DNA of 64,000 nt from contig OZ252226.1 of assembly GCA_965249285.1 (NCBI GenBank), forward strand, positions 1,256,068-1,320,067. The letters are read 5' to 3'. The DNA is from Candidatus Foliamicus sp. (GTDB taxonomy: Bacteria > Pseudomonadota > Gammaproteobacteria > Steroidobacterales > Foliamicaceae). Made by a program: the position numbers and the translations under genes. A model generated the notes under the pieces. That model made no database searches and had not been told where the DNA came from. It was given only the letters and a program-made list of their open reading frames with translations. Below are positions 39,079-53,665 of this stretch, in pieces; within the stretch, counting starts at the first letter, position 1, and each line of letters begins with the position of its first letter.

Positions 39079-39551
39079 TTACTCATACTCCACGGCGAGT
39101 ATCTCAAAGCGCTTTACACCACTGGGAGCACTGATCTCCACTTCATCGCCTGCGTACTTGCCGATCAGCGAGCGGGCCATAGGCGAAATGAAGGAGATAG
39201 CGTCGTCCCGAACTCTGGCCTCATCTTCGCCCACGATCTGGTAGCGCACGTCGCTGCCACCGTCCAGGTTCTTGAGTTCCACCGTCACCCCGAACACCAC
39301 GCGCCCATCGTGCGGAATGCGGGCCAGGTCGATTACGCGAGCATGCGCCAGGCGGCTTTCGATGTGGCGGATGCGCGCCTCAACCAGACCCTGTTGCTCC
39401 TTGGCGGCGTGGTACTCGGCGTTCTCGCGCAGATCGCCGTGCTCGCGGGCCTCGCCGATTGCCCGGGCCAGGCGCGGGCGTTCCTTGTTCCTCAGCCGCT
39501 TGAGTTCCTCGCGGAGCGCCGTTTCACCGACGCGCGTCATAGGCACTTGGG

Positions 39552-39555
<4 letters not shown>
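39079..39555 (-). CDS. greA: Transcription elongation factor GreA
   Basis: 158 aa with ...[14 protein letters not shown]... and a C-terminal FKBP-like domain. Confidence 0.95.
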
Positions 39556-42762
<3,207 letters not shown>

Positions 42763-42773
<11 letters not shown>

Positions 42774-43860
42774 GGCGTTGCATCAGTCCTGCAAAGCGGT
42801 CGAAAGCGTAGCCCAGGTCATGCGGCCCGGGGCTGGCCTCCGGGTGGCCCTGAAAGCTGATGGCGGGCCGGCTGCGATGCGCCAGACCCTGCAGGGTTCC
42901 ATCGAACAGCGAGCGGTGCGTGGCCCGCAGGCAATCAGGCAGGCTGGCCTCTTCCACGGCAAAGCCGTGATTCTGACTGCTGATCGCGACTTCGCCGTTA
43001 TCCAGGTCAACAATAGGATGATTGGCGCCGTGGTGTCCGAATTTCATCTTTATTGTCTGCGCGCCGCAGGCCAGACCCAGCAATTGATGACCCAGGCAGA
43101 TACCCAGTATGGGTGTTCCCGAGTCAAGAATTTCCTGAACTGCTTCAATGGCGTACACGCAGGGTTCCGGGTCTCCGGGCCCGTTGGAGAGGAATACGCC
43201 ATCGGGTTTCAGCGCCAGGGCCTCGGAGGCGGGCGCTTCGGCCGGCAACACGGTCACACGGCGCCCCAGGCGGGCCAATGAACGAAGAATATTGCGTTTG
43301 ATTCCGTAGTCGTAGGCCACGATCCGGCCGGACCCGGATTCCGCGCCATCCACCGGCCACTCGTAGGCTTGCGCCGTGGTGACCACGCGAGCCAGGTCCA
43401 TCCCTACGATTTCCGGCGCGGCGCGGGCCTTGGCCAGGGCTTCGTCGCTACGCCCCGGCCCGGTCAGAATGCAGCCCGGTTGGGCCCCCTGTTCGCGCAG
43501 GATGCGGGTCAGGCGGCGAGTATCGACGCCGGCGATCGCCACTGTGCCCTCATTGCGGAGAAAGTCGGAGAAAGCAATGTCCTTGCGCCAATTGCTCTCA
43601 GCCACCGGCAAATCCCGGATGACCAATCCGGACGCATACACGCGGTCGGATTCGTAGTCTTCCCGGTTGGCGCCGGTATTCCCCACGTGGGGCACCGTCA
43701 ACGTGATGATCTGGCGGCAATAGGAAGGATCGGTCAGGATTTCCTGGTAGCCGGTCATTGCGGTGTTGAACACCACTTCGCCCTGGGACTCTCCCTCGGC
43801 GCCGATCGACCAGCCTCGAAATACGGCCCCGCCCGCCAGGGCTAGCACCGCCGGGGTCAC
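42763..43860 (-). CDS. carA: Carbamoyl-phosphate synthase small (glutaminase) subunit
   Basis: Contains GICLGHQLL (catalytic Cys) and HGANHPV-like [10 protein letters not shown]. Confidence 0.95.
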
Positions 43861-44660
43861 TGCGGGGACGCCATCACGGAAGATAAATCGTACATTCCGG
43901 GCGGGCGGCCCACAATCCAGCGCGCCGCGCGCAGCGCTCCGGCAGCAAAAACGCCGCGGCTCAAGCTCTGGTGACGCAATTCGAGCACTTCGTCGTTGCC
44001 GGCCAGCAAAACCGAATGATTGCCCGAAAAACCGCCGCCGCGAACCGCGCTGAACCCGATCGACCCCTTTGCGCGCGCCCCGGTCTGACCGTGGCGCTGA
44101 AAAACCGCCACTTCGGAGAACTCACGGCCGCGCGCCGCTGCCGCCGTACGGCCGAGTTGCAGCGCAGTACCGGAAGGCGCGTCAGCCTTGCCGCGATGAT
44201 GCGTCTCAATGATCTCGAGATCGTAGTCTTCGCCCAGCTGCGCGGCCGCCCGGCGCAATAATTCGTCAAGCACATAGACGCCCAGGCTCATGTTGCTGGC
44301 TTGCAGCACGGCCACTTCCCGAGCGGCGTACTCAAGAGCGGACTGTCCACCTTCGCTTATTCCCGTCACACCCTCCACCAGCGCACAGCCGGCATCGGCG
44401 CAGGCCGCGGCGATTTCGCCGGTGGCGCCGGCGGACGAGAAATCCACCGCGACATCCGCACCCGAAATGCTCTCCTCAGGCGAACTCGTAACGATTACCC
44501 CGGTAGCGCCCATCCCGGCGGCCAGGCCGGCATCCAGGCGGATCCACGGGTCGTCCGGAGCGGCCAGCGCTCCGACAAGCTGCAAATCATCGGCGGCGGC
44601 CACCCTCGCCAGCAATTCGCGGCCCATGCGGCCGCTGGCGCCCAGCAAACTGATCTTCAT
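43857..44660 (-). CDS. dapB: 4-hydroxy-tetrahydrodipicolinate reductase
   Basis: Start at [13 protein letters not shown]. The [15 protein letters not shown] motif is present. Confidence 0.93.
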   Translation of the reverse strand: MKISLLGASGRMGRELLARVAAADDLQLVGALAAPDDPWIRLDAGLAAGMGATGVIVTSSPEESISGADVAVDFSSAGATGEIAAACADAGCALVEGVTGISEGGQSALEYAAREVAVLQASNMSLGVYVLDELLRRAAAQLGEDYDLEIIETHHRGKADAPSGTALQLGRTAAAARGREFSEVAVFQRHGQTGARAKGSIGFSAVRGGGFSGNHSVLLAGNDEVLELRHQSLSRGVFAAGALRAARWIVGRPPGMYDLSSVMASPQ

Positions 44661-45793
44661 GAGGCCCGCCTTCCTGAGTCCTGGCCTTTCTTGAGAGCCC
44701 AATCCAGCCATTTCGCCCGGCGTGGCTGCTGCCGATCACCGCCGCGTTCGACCTGGTTGGCAAATTCCTTGAGCAAGCGCTTCTGGGTCCGGTTCATTTC
44801 CACCGGCGTTTCCACTTCCATGTGGCAAAACAAGTCGCCCTTGCGCCCGCCCCGCGCCGGCTTCACGCCACGTCCGCGCAGGCGGAATACGCGGCCCGAC
44901 TGCGTGCCGGCAGGGACCTTGAGATTCACGGATCCGGTCAGCGTAGGCACTTCCACCTCTCCACCTAAAGCTGCGGTCGTAAAGCTTAAAGGAAAGCGGC
45001 AGTGCAAATTGGCGCCATCCCGTTCAAAAAACGGATGCGGCCGGACCTGCATTTCCACCATCAAGTCTCCGGCAGGCCCGCCACGCTGCCCAGCGTTACC
45101 CTTCCCGCGGACCCGGGAGCGGTCGCCGGTATCCACTCCAGGCGGAATTTTCAGCGAAATCTCTTCGTTCTTGCGTACCGCGCCCTTGCCGGAACAGTCC
45201 CGGCAGGGGTCGGACACTACCCTTCCCTCGCCGCCACAGGCGCCGCAAGTCTGCCGGATCGAGAAAATCCCCTGGCGAATCTGAGTCTGACCGCTGCCTC
45301 CGCAACGCCCGCAGGTACTCATTCCCGTGCCGGGACGAGAGCCGGAGCCGGCGCAGGTCGAGCAGGCCACGGTGCGTGGAATCGTGATCCGCACGTCGTC
45401 GCCGAATATGGCCTGGGTGAAGTTCAGGTCAAGACGGTAGCGCAGGTGAGCTCCACGGCGGGGCTGACTGCTTGCGCCGCGCCGGCCACCGAACACTTCG
45501 CCGAATATATCGCCGAATATGGTGTTGAAGGGATCGGACGACCCGCCGCCCGCGCCCGCGCCCGCCTCCACACCGGCATGGCCGAATTGATCATAGGCCG
45601 CGCGTTTCTGGCTGTCGCTCAAGACTTCGTAGGCGCGCTTTGCCTCCTTGAACTGATTCGCGGTTTCGTCGCTCTGGTCGGGATTCCGATCCGGGTGATA
45701 GCGCATAGCCAGGCGCCGAAACGCCTTCTTGAGATCAGCCTCCGAAGCGTTGCGGTCCACGCCCAGGACTTCGTAGTAGTCCCGTCCAGACAC
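44657..45793 (-). CDS. dnaJ: Chaperone DnaJ
   Basis: J domain with HPDRN, a G/F-rich region and four CxxCxGxG zinc motifs. Confidence 0.97.
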   Translation of the reverse strand: MSGRDYYEVLGVDRNASEADLKKAFRRLAMRYHPDRNPDQSDETANQFKEAKRAYEVLSDSQKRAAYDQFGHAGVEAGAGAGGGSSDPFNTIFGDIFGEVFGGRRGASSQPRRGAHLRYRLDLNFTQAIFGDDVRITIPRTVACSTCAGSGSRPGTGMSTCGRCGGSGQTQIRQGIFSIRQTCGACGGEGRVVSDPCRDCSGKGAVRKNEEISLKIPPGVDTGDRSRVRGKGNAGQRGGPAGDLMVEMQVRPHPFFERDGANLHCRFPLSFTTAALGGEVEVPTLTGSVNLKVPAGTQSGRVFRLRGRGVKPARGGRKGDLFCHMEVETPVEMNRTQKRLLKEFANQVERGGDRQQPRRAKWLDWALKKGQDSGRRAS

Positions 45794-45870
45794 TTAACTC
45801 TCTCCCGTAGCGGCGCAGCGCGCCCGTCTGTTGCGGGGGAATCGCGCGAAATGCACCGGCCGCGCGCGTT

Positions 45871-47811
45871 TCAGGCGGATTTCTTCTGATCGTCCGGAGT
45901 TACGTCCTCAAACTCCGCATCGGTCACGTCGGGGGCGTCGCCGCCCGCATCCGTGTTCGCACCGGTTCCGTCAGCGTCTCCCTCTGCCTGCGCCTGTTCC
46001 TGGTACACCCGCTGCGCCATTCCGGCCGCTGCTTCCGACAGCGCTCGGCTCTTGGCCTCGATCACAGCCTTGTCGTCGCCCTTGAGTGCGGTCTTCAGGT
46101 CGGAGATCGCCGATTCGATGCTCGCGCGCTCTTCCGGCTGCACCTTGTCGCCCAGGTCCGAAAGCGCCTTCTCGCTGGAATGCACCAGGCCGTCGGCCTG
46201 ATTGCGCACGTCCACCAGCTCGCGGAACTTGCGATCCTCCTCGGCATGCATTTCGGCCTCCTGCACCATGCGTTCGATCTCCTTGTCCGCCAGCCCGCTG
46301 GAAGCCTTGATCACGATCTTCTGCTCGCGCCCGGTGGCCTTGTCCTTAGCCGAAACGTTGAGAATGCCGTTGGCATCGATATCAAAGGTGACCTCGATCT
46401 GCGGAACGCCGCGCGGCGCCGGAGGAATATCGGTGAGGTCGAAGCGCCCCAGCGACTTGTTGTCCGAGGCCCGCTGCCGCTCGCCTTGCAGCACATGAAT
46501 GGTTACGGCGGATTGGCCGTCATCGGCAGTCGAGAACACCTGGTTGGCGCGCGTGGGTATGGTGGTGTTCTTGTCGATCAGGCGAGTCATCACCTGGCCC
46601 AGCGTCTCGATGCCGAGCGATAGCGGCGTTACGTCCAACAGCAGCACGTCGCGCACCGAGCCCGACAACACGCCCGCCTGGATGGCGGCGCCCAGAGCCA
46701 CGGCCTCGTCGGGATTCACATCCCTGCGCGGGTCGCGGCCGAAAAAGTCCCGGACTGCCTCCTGCACCTTGGGCATGCGGATCTGACCGCCGACCAGGAT
46801 CACGTCCTTGATGTCGCCCACCGAAAGGCCCGCATCGGCCAGCGCCGTGCGGCAGGGTTCGATGGTGCGCGCAATCAGGTCTTCCACCAGCGCTTCCAGC
46901 TTGGCCCGGGTGAGCCGGATGTTCAAATGCTTGGGGCCGGATGCATCCGCGGTAATGAACGGCAGGTTGATTTCGGTTTGCTGCTGCGACGACAGCTCGA
47001 TCTTGGCTTTCTCCGCGGCTTCCTTGAGACGCTGCATGGCCAGCGGATCCTTGCGGACATCCACGCCGTGCTCTTTCTCAAACTCCCCGGCCAGGTAGCC
47101 AATCAAACGGTTGTCAAAGTCCTCGCCGCCCAGGAAAGTGTCGCCGTTGGTGGCCAGCACCTCGAACTGCGTCTCGCCGTCAATCTCGGCAATCTCGATA
47201 ATCGAGATATCGAAGGTGCCGCCGCCCAGGTCGTAGACGGCAATCTTGCAGTCGCCGCGCTGCTGGCCCATTCCGTACGCCAGCGCAGCCGCGGTCGGCT
47301 CGTTGATGATGCGCTTGACCTCCAGCCCGGCGATCTTGCCGGCATCCTTGGTCGCCTGCCGCTGGGAGTCGTTGAAATACGCCGGCACCGTGATTACGGC
47401 CTCGATCACGTCCTCGCCCAGGTAATCCTCGGCGGTTTTCTTCATCTTCTGCAGCACCCGCGCGGAAATTTCCGGCGGTGCGATCTTGCGGCCATTGACC
47501 TCCACCCAGGCGTCGCCGTTGTCCGACCCGACCAGCTTGAACGGCACCAGCTCGATATCGCGCTGCACCACGCTGTCCTTGAAGCGCCGCCCGATCAGGC
47601 GCTTGATGGCGTACAGGGTGTTGGTGGGATTGGTTATCGCCTGGCGCTTGGCCGACTGGCCCACCAGGATCTGATCGTCCTTGGCGAAGGCCACGACGGA
47701 TGGCGTGGTGCGATCGCCTTCGGAATTCTCAATAACTTTGCCTTGCTGACCGTCCATTACGGCCACGCAGGAATTCGTGGTGCCCAGGTCTATGCCGATT
47801 ATTTTGCCCAT
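45871..47811 (-). CDS. dnaK: Chaperone DnaK (Hsp70)
   Basis: Contains [18 protein letters not shown] and [10 protein letters not shown]. Confidence 0.98.
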   Translation of the reverse strand: MGKIIGIDLGTTNSCVAVMDGQQGKVIENSEGDRTTPSVVAFAKDDQILVGQSAKRQAITNPTNTLYAIKRLIGRRFKDSVVQRDIELVPFKLVGSDNGDAWVEVNGRKIAPPEISARVLQKMKKTAEDYLGEDVIEAVITVPAYFNDSQRQATKDAGKIAGLEVKRIINEPTAAALAYGMGQQRGDCKIAVYDLGGGTFDISIIEIAEIDGETQFEVLATNGDTFLGGEDFDNRLIGYLAGEFEKEHGVDVRKDPLAMQRLKEAAEKAKIELSSQQQTEINLPFITADASGPKHLNIRLTRAKLEALVEDLIARTIEPCRTALADAGLSVGDIKDVILVGGQIRMPKVQEAVRDFFGRDPRRDVNPDEAVALGAAIQAGVLSGSVRDVLLLDVTPLSLGIETLGQVMTRLIDKNTTIPTRANQVFSTADDGQSAVTIHVLQGERQRASDNKSLGRFDLTDIPPAPRGVPQIEVTFDIDANGILNVSAKDKATGREQKIVIKASSGLADKEIERMVQEAEMHAEEDRKFRELVDVRNQADGLVHSSEKALSDLGDKVQPEERASIESAISDLKTALKGDDKAVIEAKSRALSEAAAGMAQRVYQEQAQAEGDADGTGANTDAGGDAPDVTDAEFEDVTPDDQKKSA

Positions 47812-47879
47812 GCGTATTTCTCCATGAACTTAAGTGACTTGCTTGCCTATACCCGATATGAGGATTCAAGGCGCGCAAT

Positions 47880-48467
47880 TCAATCCATTTGATCTTTCTC
47901 GCCGGTTTCTACTTTCGGCGCTTGGGGCGGCCCCGAACAAACCACCACCCGGGCTGCCCGCAGCAGCCGGCCCTGCATGAGATAACCCTTCTGCATCACC
48001 GAGATCACGCAATCCGGATCGACCGCGTCCGACGGCTGAAGACCCACCGCTTCGTGTTGCTCGGGATCGAAAGGCTCGCCTTGGGACTCCACCGCTTCCA
48101 CCCCGAACGTTTCCAGGACCTTCTGCATTTGGCGCAAGGTGGCGTGTTGCCCTTCCATTAGACTCTCGGCGGTCGCCGATTCCGCGGAACTCAAGCCCAG
48201 CTCCAGGCTGTCCACGGCCGCCAGCAACTCACGCACGATCCGCCGCTGTCCCCGCCCGTAAGCCTCGCTGACGTCCCTCTGGGCTCTCCGGCGAACATTC
48301 TCGGCTTCGGCGACGGCCCTCAAATGTGCTTCGTGCTGATGATTCAGGGCGAGCGTAAGGCGCTCGATTTCCACCGCCGGATCATCCGGCTCGGATTTTT
48401 CCTCGGACCTGGCCGCCTCAGGTGTGGCGGCCTCGTCAGCTGCTTCAGACTTGGTCCGCTTGCTCAT
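47880..48467 (-). CDS. grpE: Nucleotide exchange factor GrpE
   Basis: 195 aa with an acidic N-terminus, a coiled coil and GYLMQGRLLRAARVVV. Confidence 0.93.
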   Translation of the reverse strand: MSKRTKSEAADEAATPEAARSEEKSEPDDPAVEIERLTLALNHQHEAHLRAVAEAENVRRRAQRDVSEAYGRGQRRIVRELLAAVDSLELGLSSAESATAESLMEGQHATLRQMQKVLETFGVEAVESQGEPFDPEQHEAVGLQPSDAVDPDCVISVMQKGYLMQGRLLRAARVVVCSGPPQAPKVETGEKDQMD

Positions 48468-48489
48468 CTACTGGCTCCCCTACGGTGTC

Positions 48490-48568
48490 GGGAGCGAGGG
48501 CGTACCCGCGCTTGACGAGGGCAAGATGCCCTCGTTCCCAGGCTCTCGGTGCAATGTGTTCCATGCAG
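48490..48568. repeat. REP-like element in the grpE / nadK divergent region
   Basis: Sequence gggagcgagggcgtacccgcgcttgacgagggcaagatgccctcgttccca ... gtgttccatgcagg. Confidence 0.75.
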
Positions 48569-48644
48569 GGGTACTATTGTGCATGATTCCTGTTTTTCAA
48601 GGCCCAAACGGCTTTCGCATAGGCCCCGAATAGAGATTCCGGAC

Positions 48645-49508
48645 ATGCCGCAGATTCAATTCCAAAGAGTGGCGATACTGGCGCGCAAGGGCCACGAACC
48701 GATTGAGCAGGCAGCTTCTGAATTGGCGGCTCACCTGGAACGGCTGGGCTGCTCCGCCTCGCTGGCGCACCAGGCCGAAGACCGGCCAACTGCCCAAGGC
48801 GCTCAATTGATTATCGCCATGGGCGGTGACGGCGCCATGCTGCGGGCCGCCCAGATTGCGGTACGGCGCAAGACGCCCTTGCTGGGCGTCAACCTCGGAA
48901 CGCTGGGGTTTCTGGCGGACCTGGGCCAGCAACGATTCGAATCGGAACTGGCCTCCCTGCTCTGCGGACAGTACTTCTCGGAGCGCCGCATGCTGTTGGG
49001 CGCCCGGCTGACCCGGCGGCAGGGCAAGGTTCTGCGGGCCACGGCGCTGAACGACGTAGTGGCGCATCGCAGCGGCGGAGCGCGCATCCTGGAGCTGTCC
49101 ACGACCGTGGACGGGCGCCATATCGCCACCCACCGCGGCGATGGATTCATCGCCGCCACGCCTACCGGTTCCACCGCCTACGCAATGAGTTGCGGCGGTC
49201 CGATCGTCGACCCGCGCCTCGATGCCACCGTCATGGTGCCGATCTGTCCCCACAAACTGGACGATCGCCCCCTGGTCATACCCGGCAGCGCCAAACTCTC
49301 GCTGACCATTCCAACAGATGCCGCGGTGACCGCGGCCGTCAGTTGCGACGGGATCGACCTGGGCGTGCTGGAGTATGGACAGACACTTCACGTGTCACGT
49401 TCTTCGCGCAGGCTTGAGTTGATCCATCCGACCGACTACAACTACTTTTCGGTGCTGCGGGAAAAACTGAATTGGGCCAAGGGTCCGGCCACGCAGGACT
49501 CAGGCTGA
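48645..49508 (+). CDS. nadK: NAD kinase
   Basis: Start at MPQIQFQRVAIL. Motifs GGDGAML, NLGTLGFL and ATPTGSTAYAMS are present. Confidence 0.93.
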   Translation: MPQIQFQRVAILARKGHEPIEQAASELAAHLERLGCSASLAHQAEDRPTAQGAQLIIAMGGDGAMLRAAQIAVRRKTPLLGVNLGTLGFLADLGQQRFESELASLLCGQYFSERRMLLGARLTRRQGKVLRATALNDVVAHRSGGARILELSTTVDGRHIATHRGDGFIAATPTGSTAYAMSCGGPIVDPRLDATVMVPICPHKLDDRPLVIPGSAKLSLTIPTDAAVTAAVSCDGIDLGVLEYGQTLHVSRSSRRLELIHPTDYNYFSVLREKLNWAKGPATQDSG

Positions 49509-49518
49509 TCCGGCCACA

Positions 49519-51231
49519 ATGCTGACCCACCTGGCGATCCGAAACCTGGCGGTTGTCGACACGGCAGAGTTGGATATGGAGCCGGGATTTACCACCCTTA
49601 CCGGCGAGACAGGGGCGGGAAAATCCATCCTGGTGGAAGCACTGGCTCTTGCAACCGGCGAGCGGGCCGACTCAAAGCAGGTGCGCACGGGCGCGAAGCA
49701 GGCGGACATCACTGCCTGTTTCGAAATCCCCGCCGGCACGCCGCTGCCTCCCTGGGCAGAGGAACACGACCTGCACGAAGAATGCATCATGCGGCGGGTG
49801 ATCCGGGCGGACGGCCGTTCGCGCGGTTCCCTGAACGGAGTGCCGGTTCCGGCGCAAAGGCTGCGCGAGATCGGCGCCTGCCTTATCGATATCTGCGGGC
49901 AGAAGGCGCACCAGGCGCTGCTGCATACCGGCGCGCAACTCCGGATTCTGGACGAGTACGGCGGACTGACTGAATCCGTACAGGAATTTGCCGATTCGTT
50001 CGCTGCCTTGCGGCAGGCCGAACAGCAATGCGAAGCGCTGAAGCAACGCGCCGGGGAGCGGGCCGTGCGAGTGGAGCTGCTCAGCAGTTGGATCACCGAA
50101 CTCGAGGCCCTGAGTCCCCAGGCAGGCGAGCTTGAAGAATTGAACCGGCTGCGCCTGCGCCTGGCCAATCGCGCCCGTTTGCTGGCCGCCATGGGCAGCG
50201 CTCTGCATAGCCTCAGGGAGAGCGAGCAATCCGCCGGCAGTGCGCTTGCTTCCGCCCGCCAGGAAATCGAGGGAGCGGCCGCGTTCGAGCCGAAGCTGAC
50301 GGAGGCGGCGCGGCTGCTGAGCGAATCCGAGGTCCTGGTGGAGGAAGCGGTGGCGACGATCCAGCACCTGGGCCTGGACCTGGATGAAGACGACGGCAGC
50401 CTGGATGAAATCGAGCAACGCCGCCAGGCCTTGCTGGCCGTGGCGCGCAAGCATGGCAAAACCCAGGAAGAATTGCCGCAGCTGACGGGCGAGTTGAAGG
50501 CGGAGAAAGAGGGGCTGGAAACACTCGACGAGCGACTCTCGCAGGCTCGCGCCGGGCGCGATGCGCTGCGTGAAGAAGCGGAAACCCGCGCCGCCGGCCT
50601 TTCCGAGGCGCGCAGTCGGGTCGCTTTGGAGTTTGCCGAGCTGGTATCCGAACGCATGCAGGGGCTGGCCATGGAAGGCGGGCGCCTGTCCGTTCGCCTC
50701 AGCGAGGCGAGCAATATCGGTCGCCGTGGACGCGACCGGGCGGAATTTTTTGTGGCGCTCAACCCCGGTCAGGCAGCACGCCCCCTGGCGCGTTATGCAT
50801 CCGGAGGCGAATTGGCGCGAATCGGTTTGGCAATCCAACTGGCGGCGGTCGGAGCCCGTCAACCGCCGACCATGATCTTCGACGAGGTCGATTCCGGAAT
50901 CGGCGGCCGGGTAGCCGAAGTCGTGGGCGCCGGACTGGCGGAACTCGGTAAGCGGGGCCAGGTGCTCTGCGTAACTCATTTGCCGCAGGTTGCCAGCCGC
51001 GCCAGCAGGCAGATCCGGGTCACCAAGGTGGTTCGGGATGGAGGGACCCGGACGGTTTCGGCGCAACTCGAAGACAGCGAGCGCGTGCGTGAAGTAGCGC
51101 GTATGCTTGGGGGGGTGGAAATCACGCCACGCACGCTTGCCCATGCCGAAGAGATGCTCTCCCGGGGTGGTGTCTGGCAATCCTCCGACAGCGCCGGGTT
51201 ACAGGGTGGCGCGGCCGCCACGGGCAAGTGA
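49519..51231 (+). CDS. recN: DNA repair protein RecN
   Basis: SMC-like protein with GETGAGKSIL, a long coiled coil and SGGELARI. Confidence 0.95.
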   Translation: MLTHLAIRNLAVVDTAELDMEPGFTTLTGETGAGKSILVEALALATGERADSKQVRTGAKQADITACFEIPAGTPLPPWAEEHDLHEECIMRRVIRADGRSRGSLNGVPVPAQRLREIGACLIDICGQKAHQALLHTGAQLRILDEYGGLTESVQEFADSFAALRQAEQQCEALKQRAGERAVRVELLSSWITELEALSPQAGELEELNRLRLRLANRARLLAAMGSALHSLRESEQSAGSALASARQEIEGAAAFEPKLTEAARLLSESEVLVEEAVATIQHLGLDLDEDDGSLDEIEQRRQALLAVARKHGKTQEELPQLTGELKAEKEGLETLDERLSQARAGRDALREEAETRAAGLSEARSRVALEFAELVSERMQGLAMEGGRLSVRLSEASNIGRRGRDRAEFFVALNPGQAARPLARYASGGELARIGLAIQLAAVGARQPPTMIFDEVDSGIGGRVAEVVGAGLAELGKRGQVLCVTHLPQVASRASRQIRVTKVVRDGGTRTVSAQLEDSERVREVARMLGGVEITPRTLAHAEEMLSRGGVWQSSDSAGLQGGAAATGK

Positions 51232-51641
51232 AGAGAAACATTCCACGCAAGAACCTGCAGGCGGTGGGGCTCAAGGTTACCCAGCCGCGCCTGAGCATCT
51301 TCCGGGTTCTGGCGCAAAGCCGTGAGCGCCACCTGAGCGCCGACGATATCTACCTGCAACTGGCGGCCGATGACAACGATGTCCCGCTGGCGACGATTTA
51401 CCGCGTGCTGACGCAGTTCGAACAGGCGGGACTGGTCACCCGCCATAACTTCGAGAGCGGCCATTCGGTCTTTGAACTGGACTCGGGCGATCACCACGAT
51501 CACATGATTTGCGTGGAATCCGGCGAGGTCATGGAATTCGTCAACGAGGAAATCGAGCGCCTGCAGGAAGAAATCGCAGGGGCGGCGGGGTATGAACTGA
51601 TCGACCACAGCCTCGTGCTGTACGTCCGCAAGCGGCGCTGA
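51228..51641 (+). CDS. fur: Ferric uptake regulator Fur
   Basis: Contains GLKVTQPRLSIFRVL and HHDHMICVESGEVMEF. Its GTG start overlaps the recN stop. Confidence 0.9.
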   Translation: MKRNIPRKNLQAVGLKVTQPRLSIFRVLAQSRERHLSADDIYLQLAADDNDVPLATIYRVLTQFEQAGLVTRHNFESGHSVFELDSGDHHDHMICVESGEVMEFVNEEIERLQEEIAGAAGYELIDHSLVLYVRKRR

Positions 51642-51691
51642 AAGGGAGAGATGGGCAAGCCCCCCTTGGACTGCTATACTGCGCCCCCGCT

Positions 51692-52012
51692 ATGAAGCAT
51701 TCTCAACAATGGCGCCGACTGGCGCTGGCCGCCGCCGCTTGCGCCTTGCTGGCTGGCTGTGTCTACAAGGTCAACGTGTTCCAGGGCTCAATCATTGATC
51801 CCGACGACATCGAGAAAGTGGAACTCGGCATGACCCGCGAGCAGGTCGCATACATTCTGGGCACGCCCACGGTGCGCGATCCCTTTCACGCCGACCGCTG
51901 GGACTACGTCTTTACCAGCGGAACCCTGGAAGGCCAGCGCCGGATCGTTGTGATCCGCTTCTCCGAAGAAGGCGTAAGCTCGGTCGACATTACGACCGCG
52001 CCGGACGACTAA
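51692..52012 (+). CDS. bamE: Outer membrane protein assembly factor BamE (SmpA/OmlA lipoprotein)
   Basis: Lipobox LLAGCVY, GMTREQVAYILGTP, and DRWDYVF. Confidence 0.88.
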   Translation: MKHSQQWRRLALAAAACALLAGCVYKVNVFQGSIIDPDDIEKVELGMTREQVAYILGTPTVRDPFHADRWDYVFTSGTLEGQRRIVVIRFSEEGVSSVDITTAPDD

Positions 52013-52021
52013 CTTCGGCAT

Positions 52022-52078
52022 CCCCGGGAACGAGGACATCCTGTCCTCGACGAGGGCTGGAAGCCCTCCTTCCCGGGG
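52022..52078. repeat. REP-like palindrome between convergent bamE and rnfH
   Basis: Sequence ccccgggaacgaggacatcctgtcctcgacgagggctggaagccctccttcccgggg. It fills the whole convergent gap, so a bidirectional terminator role is plausible. Confidence 0.85.
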
Positions 52079-52354
52079 TCAACTTGCCGCCCGGCGGCGT
52101 GCGTCCATCGGATCGTTCTCCAGGGGCCGGTATATCTCAAGCCGGTCGCCGCCCTTGGGCCGGTAGTCATCGTCGACCCTGGCGCCGAACACGCCGATCG
52201 GGCAGGTCGCAGCATTGATTTCCGGGAACAAGGCCGCCATGCACGACAGCTTGACGGCCTGGCGTGCGGTGCAATCGCGCGCAACACGCAAGCGCAGCAC
52301 ACGCTGTGCGCCGGGCACCGCGTAACTCACTTCAACAGCAAGCTCATCACCCAT
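52079..52354 (-). CDS. rnfH: RnfH family ubiquitin-fold protein (UPF0125/RatB)
   Basis: 91 aa, downstream of and overlapping ratA, as in E. coli. Confidence 0.85.
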   Translation of the reverse strand: MGDELAVEVSYAVPGAQRVLRLRVARDCTARQAVKLSCMAALFPEINAATCPIGVFGARVDDDYRPKGGDRLEIYRPLENDPMDARRRAAS

Positions 52355-52784
52355 TTCGGGACTCGATCACTTTCGCTCGGTTGAGAAAATCCTGCACCAG
52401 GCGGTCGCACATGGCTCGAAAACTCTGGCTCAACAACATTTCCCGGGCCTTGCTGTCAAACTCGAACTGAATTCGCAAGGAGACCCGGCATCCCGTGCCA
52501 ACCGGATCAAAAAGCCATTCCCCCTGCAGGCTCCGAAACGGCCCTTCGCTTAAGTTCATCACCAGGCGGTGGGGGCGCTCCATCCGGTTCAGCGTAGTCA
52601 GGCGCTGCCGAAAAACGCCGCCGCGCAGGTCCAGGCTGGCCAGAGCCTCGTGTTCGTCTTGCCGGTGCAATTCCGCACCCACACAGCCACGCAGGAAGCG
52701 CGGATAGTCCTCCACGGCCGCCACGAGATCGAAAACGGTCTCGGGAGAACACGCCGTCAAGGCTTCTCTGAATATCTCACGCAT
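52347..52784 (-). CDS. ratA: SRPBCC/START-fold protein RatA (CoQ10-like ubiquinone-binding family)
   Basis: 145 aa containing VEDYPRFL. It is conserved next to smpB. Confidence 0.85.
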   Translation of the reverse strand: MREIFREALTACSPETVFDLVAAVEDYPRFLRGCVGAELHRQDEHEALASLDLRGGVFRQRLTTLNRMERPHRLVMNLSEGPFRSLQGEWLFDPVGTGCRVSLRIQFEFDSKAREMLLSQSFRAMCDRLVQDFLNRAKVIESRNG

Positions 52785-52986
52785 TCGTTCTCAAGGCGCC
52801 GGTTTGGGCCGGCGCCTTTGCCGTATAGGGAACGGCCCCGCTATATTGGTATGGTGTCCCGCAAATGGCTGTTGATCCAGCTTGCCCCATCACGCCGGAA
52901 TCTGCGCGGTCCGTTTTGCGCGCAGCGGCGTTATTGTACTGCTCTGGCTAAAGGCGCCTGCTGCGCCGACGAATGACTTACCCACC

Positions 52987-53466
52987 ATGGCACGCAAATC
53001 GCAACCCGGACGTATTGCCGTAAACCGGCGGGCCCACCGCAGTTTCGAGATTCTTGAAGAACTCGACGCGGGGCTGGCTCTCCTGGGCTGGGAGGTCAAG
53101 GCCCTGCGGGCCAACCGCGCGAGCCTGGTTGAGGCCTATGTCGCCATAAAGGAACAGGAAGCCTGGCTGGTGGGCGCCAACTTTGCGCCCCTGCCCAACG
53201 CCAGCAAGCACCCGCCGCCGGTCGCGGACCGCAGCCGCAAACTGCTGTTGCACCGCTACCAGATCGACCGGCTGGCCGGAAAAGTGCAGCAACGCGGACT
53301 CACCCTGGTGCCGCTGGCGCTGTACTGGGGCGGACCGCGCGCAAAGCTGCGCATTGGCTTGGGACGAGGACGCAAGCAATACGACAAACGCCGGCTGGAC
53401 CAGGAACGCGATTGGCAGAGAGAAAAGCAGCGCCTTGCGCGCCGCACTCTGCAAGGCCGTTCGTGA
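52987..53466 (+). CDS. smpB: SsrA-binding protein SmpB
   Basis: Start at MARKSQPGRIAVNRRA. Contains GWEVKALR and LLLHRYQI. Confidence 0.93.
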   Translation: MARKSQPGRIAVNRRAHRSFEILEELDAGLALLGWEVKALRANRASLVEAYVAIKEQEAWLVGANFAPLPNASKHPPPVADRSRKLLLHRYQIDRLAGKVQQRGLTLVPLALYWGGPRAKLRIGLGRGRKQYDKRRLDQERDWQREKQRLARRTLQGRS

Positions 53467-53534
53467 CTGAAACCGGCACGCTAGTGTTAGGCTACCGGCC
53501 TCGCACCAGCAGTCCGTAGAAAAATCCCCGCTGG

Positions 53535-53605
53535 GAGTTTTCACAGCAGGCGCCGCTGCGCTGACGTGCAGGGAACACGTTGGGAACGAGGGCATCCTGC
53601 CCGCG
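53535..53605. repeat. REP-like element (module B + half of module A)
   Basis: Sequence gagttttcacagcaggcgccgctgcgctgacgtgcagggaacacgttgggaacgagggcatcctgccc. Confidence 0.8.
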
Positions 53606-53665
53606 CTCTAATGCGTTTTCCAATGGACTGCCAGGGGAAAGGCAATGCCTGAGAGGGGGGTTCCC

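Noticed and set aside
48468-48644. Looked for a sigma-32 heat-shock promoter in front of grpE.
   Set aside because: A CTTGAAA is present on the minus strand near 48590. The only CCCC-containing -10 candidate is about 23 nt away, which is outside the accepted spacing as I remember it (13-15 nt). I do not claim a promoter.
52079-52784. RatA/RnfH (RatB) as a toxin-antitoxin pair.
   Set aside because: The database name 'type II toxin RatA' is historical. The protein is an SRPBCC/CoQ10-like fold conserved in core synteny next to smpB, so I treat it as housekeeping rather than a TA or defence module.
53467-53665. Looked for tmRNA (ssrA) downstream of smpB, as in E. coli.
   Set aside because: There is no tRNA-like acceptor/T-arm start (GGGGCTGA...) and no tag-peptide reading frame. 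The gap is explained by a REP element plus the leader of the outer-membrane protein gene.
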